25,574 bases of DNA from positions 1 to 25,574 of IMG/VR virus record IMGVR_UViG_3300025626_000119; one strand, 5' to 3'. Numbering within the stretch: the stretch's first letter is position 1; each line of letters starts with the position of its first letter. The notes under the pieces were generated by a model. The model searched no databases. It had not been told where the DNA came from and was given only the letters and a program-made list of their open reading frames with translations. The stretch comes from a virus (taxonomy: Duplodnaviria; Caudoviricetes). Position numbers and translations under genes: made by a program. Positions 25,450-25,574 of the stretch are shown here, in pieces.

Positions 25450-25497
25450 ACCAATCGATTATGAGTCGACTGCTCTAACCAACTGAGCTATGGGCCC
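25450..25497 (-). pseudogene. 5' fragment (~48 nt) of tRNA-Ile2 (anticodon CAT); probable attachment site
   Basis: Reverse complement GGGCCCA TA GCTC AGTTGGTTA GAGC A GTCGA CTCATAA TCGAT TGGT gives acceptor 5' strand, D arm and anticodon arm; no intact T stem or complementary acceptor strand follows. More like ileX-type than Met tRNAs. Confidence 0.85.
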
Positions 25498-25502
25498 TTC
25501 GA

Positions 25503-25539
25503 GGCCGCGAGTTTACGTCATCGGATACATGTTAATCAA
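25503..25539 (-). promoter_or_regulatory. Sigma70-like stable-RNA promoter upstream of the tRNA fragment
   Basis: On the - strand: TTGATT (25539-25534), 18-nt spacer, TAAACT (25515-25510), GC-rich discriminator CGCGGCC. Confidence 0.55.
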
Positions 25540-25574
25540 ATGTATCTTGAGGGAGATGACGAATGACTACACTC

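Noticed and set aside
917-25470. Apparent excess of GGTACC and GTCGAC
   Set aside because: Only about a dozen each by eye versus about six expected; too weak without a corrected statistical model.
25420-25497. Complete functional tRNA
   Set aside because: No intact T stem, no strand complementary to GGGCCCA and no CCA at the expected position.

Overview
The window is the morphogenesis-lysis arm of a tailed dsDNA phage with podovirus-type organisation (no tape measure or tail tube recognised); all convincing genes are on the + strand. Order: a structured, repeat-rich ~0.7 kb non-coding region; tail needle/nozzle-like genes; ejection-type proteins including a 2032-aa multidomain (polyvalent) protein; TerS, TerL, portal, scaffold, major capsid protein and adaptor; a tail fibre with a peptidase-S74 chaperone; two paralogous putative tip adhesins; a lysis cassette; and a promoter-bearing 5' fragment of tRNA-Ile2(CAU) on the - strand, probably an att site. 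The most interesting signals are: (1) a putative adhesin ending in an intein-like Hint domain with only one Lys after the terminal HN; (2) ART-like, HhH-GPD glycosylase-like and zincin modules in the large ejected protein; (3) long RNA hairpins with anti-Shine-Dalgarno loops; (4) roughly 3-fold enrichment of CCWGG that vanishes over the distal tail module; (5) the 5'-half tRNA bracketed by inverted repeats. All protein calls come from motif recognition and synteny by eye, not database searches; counts are manual.
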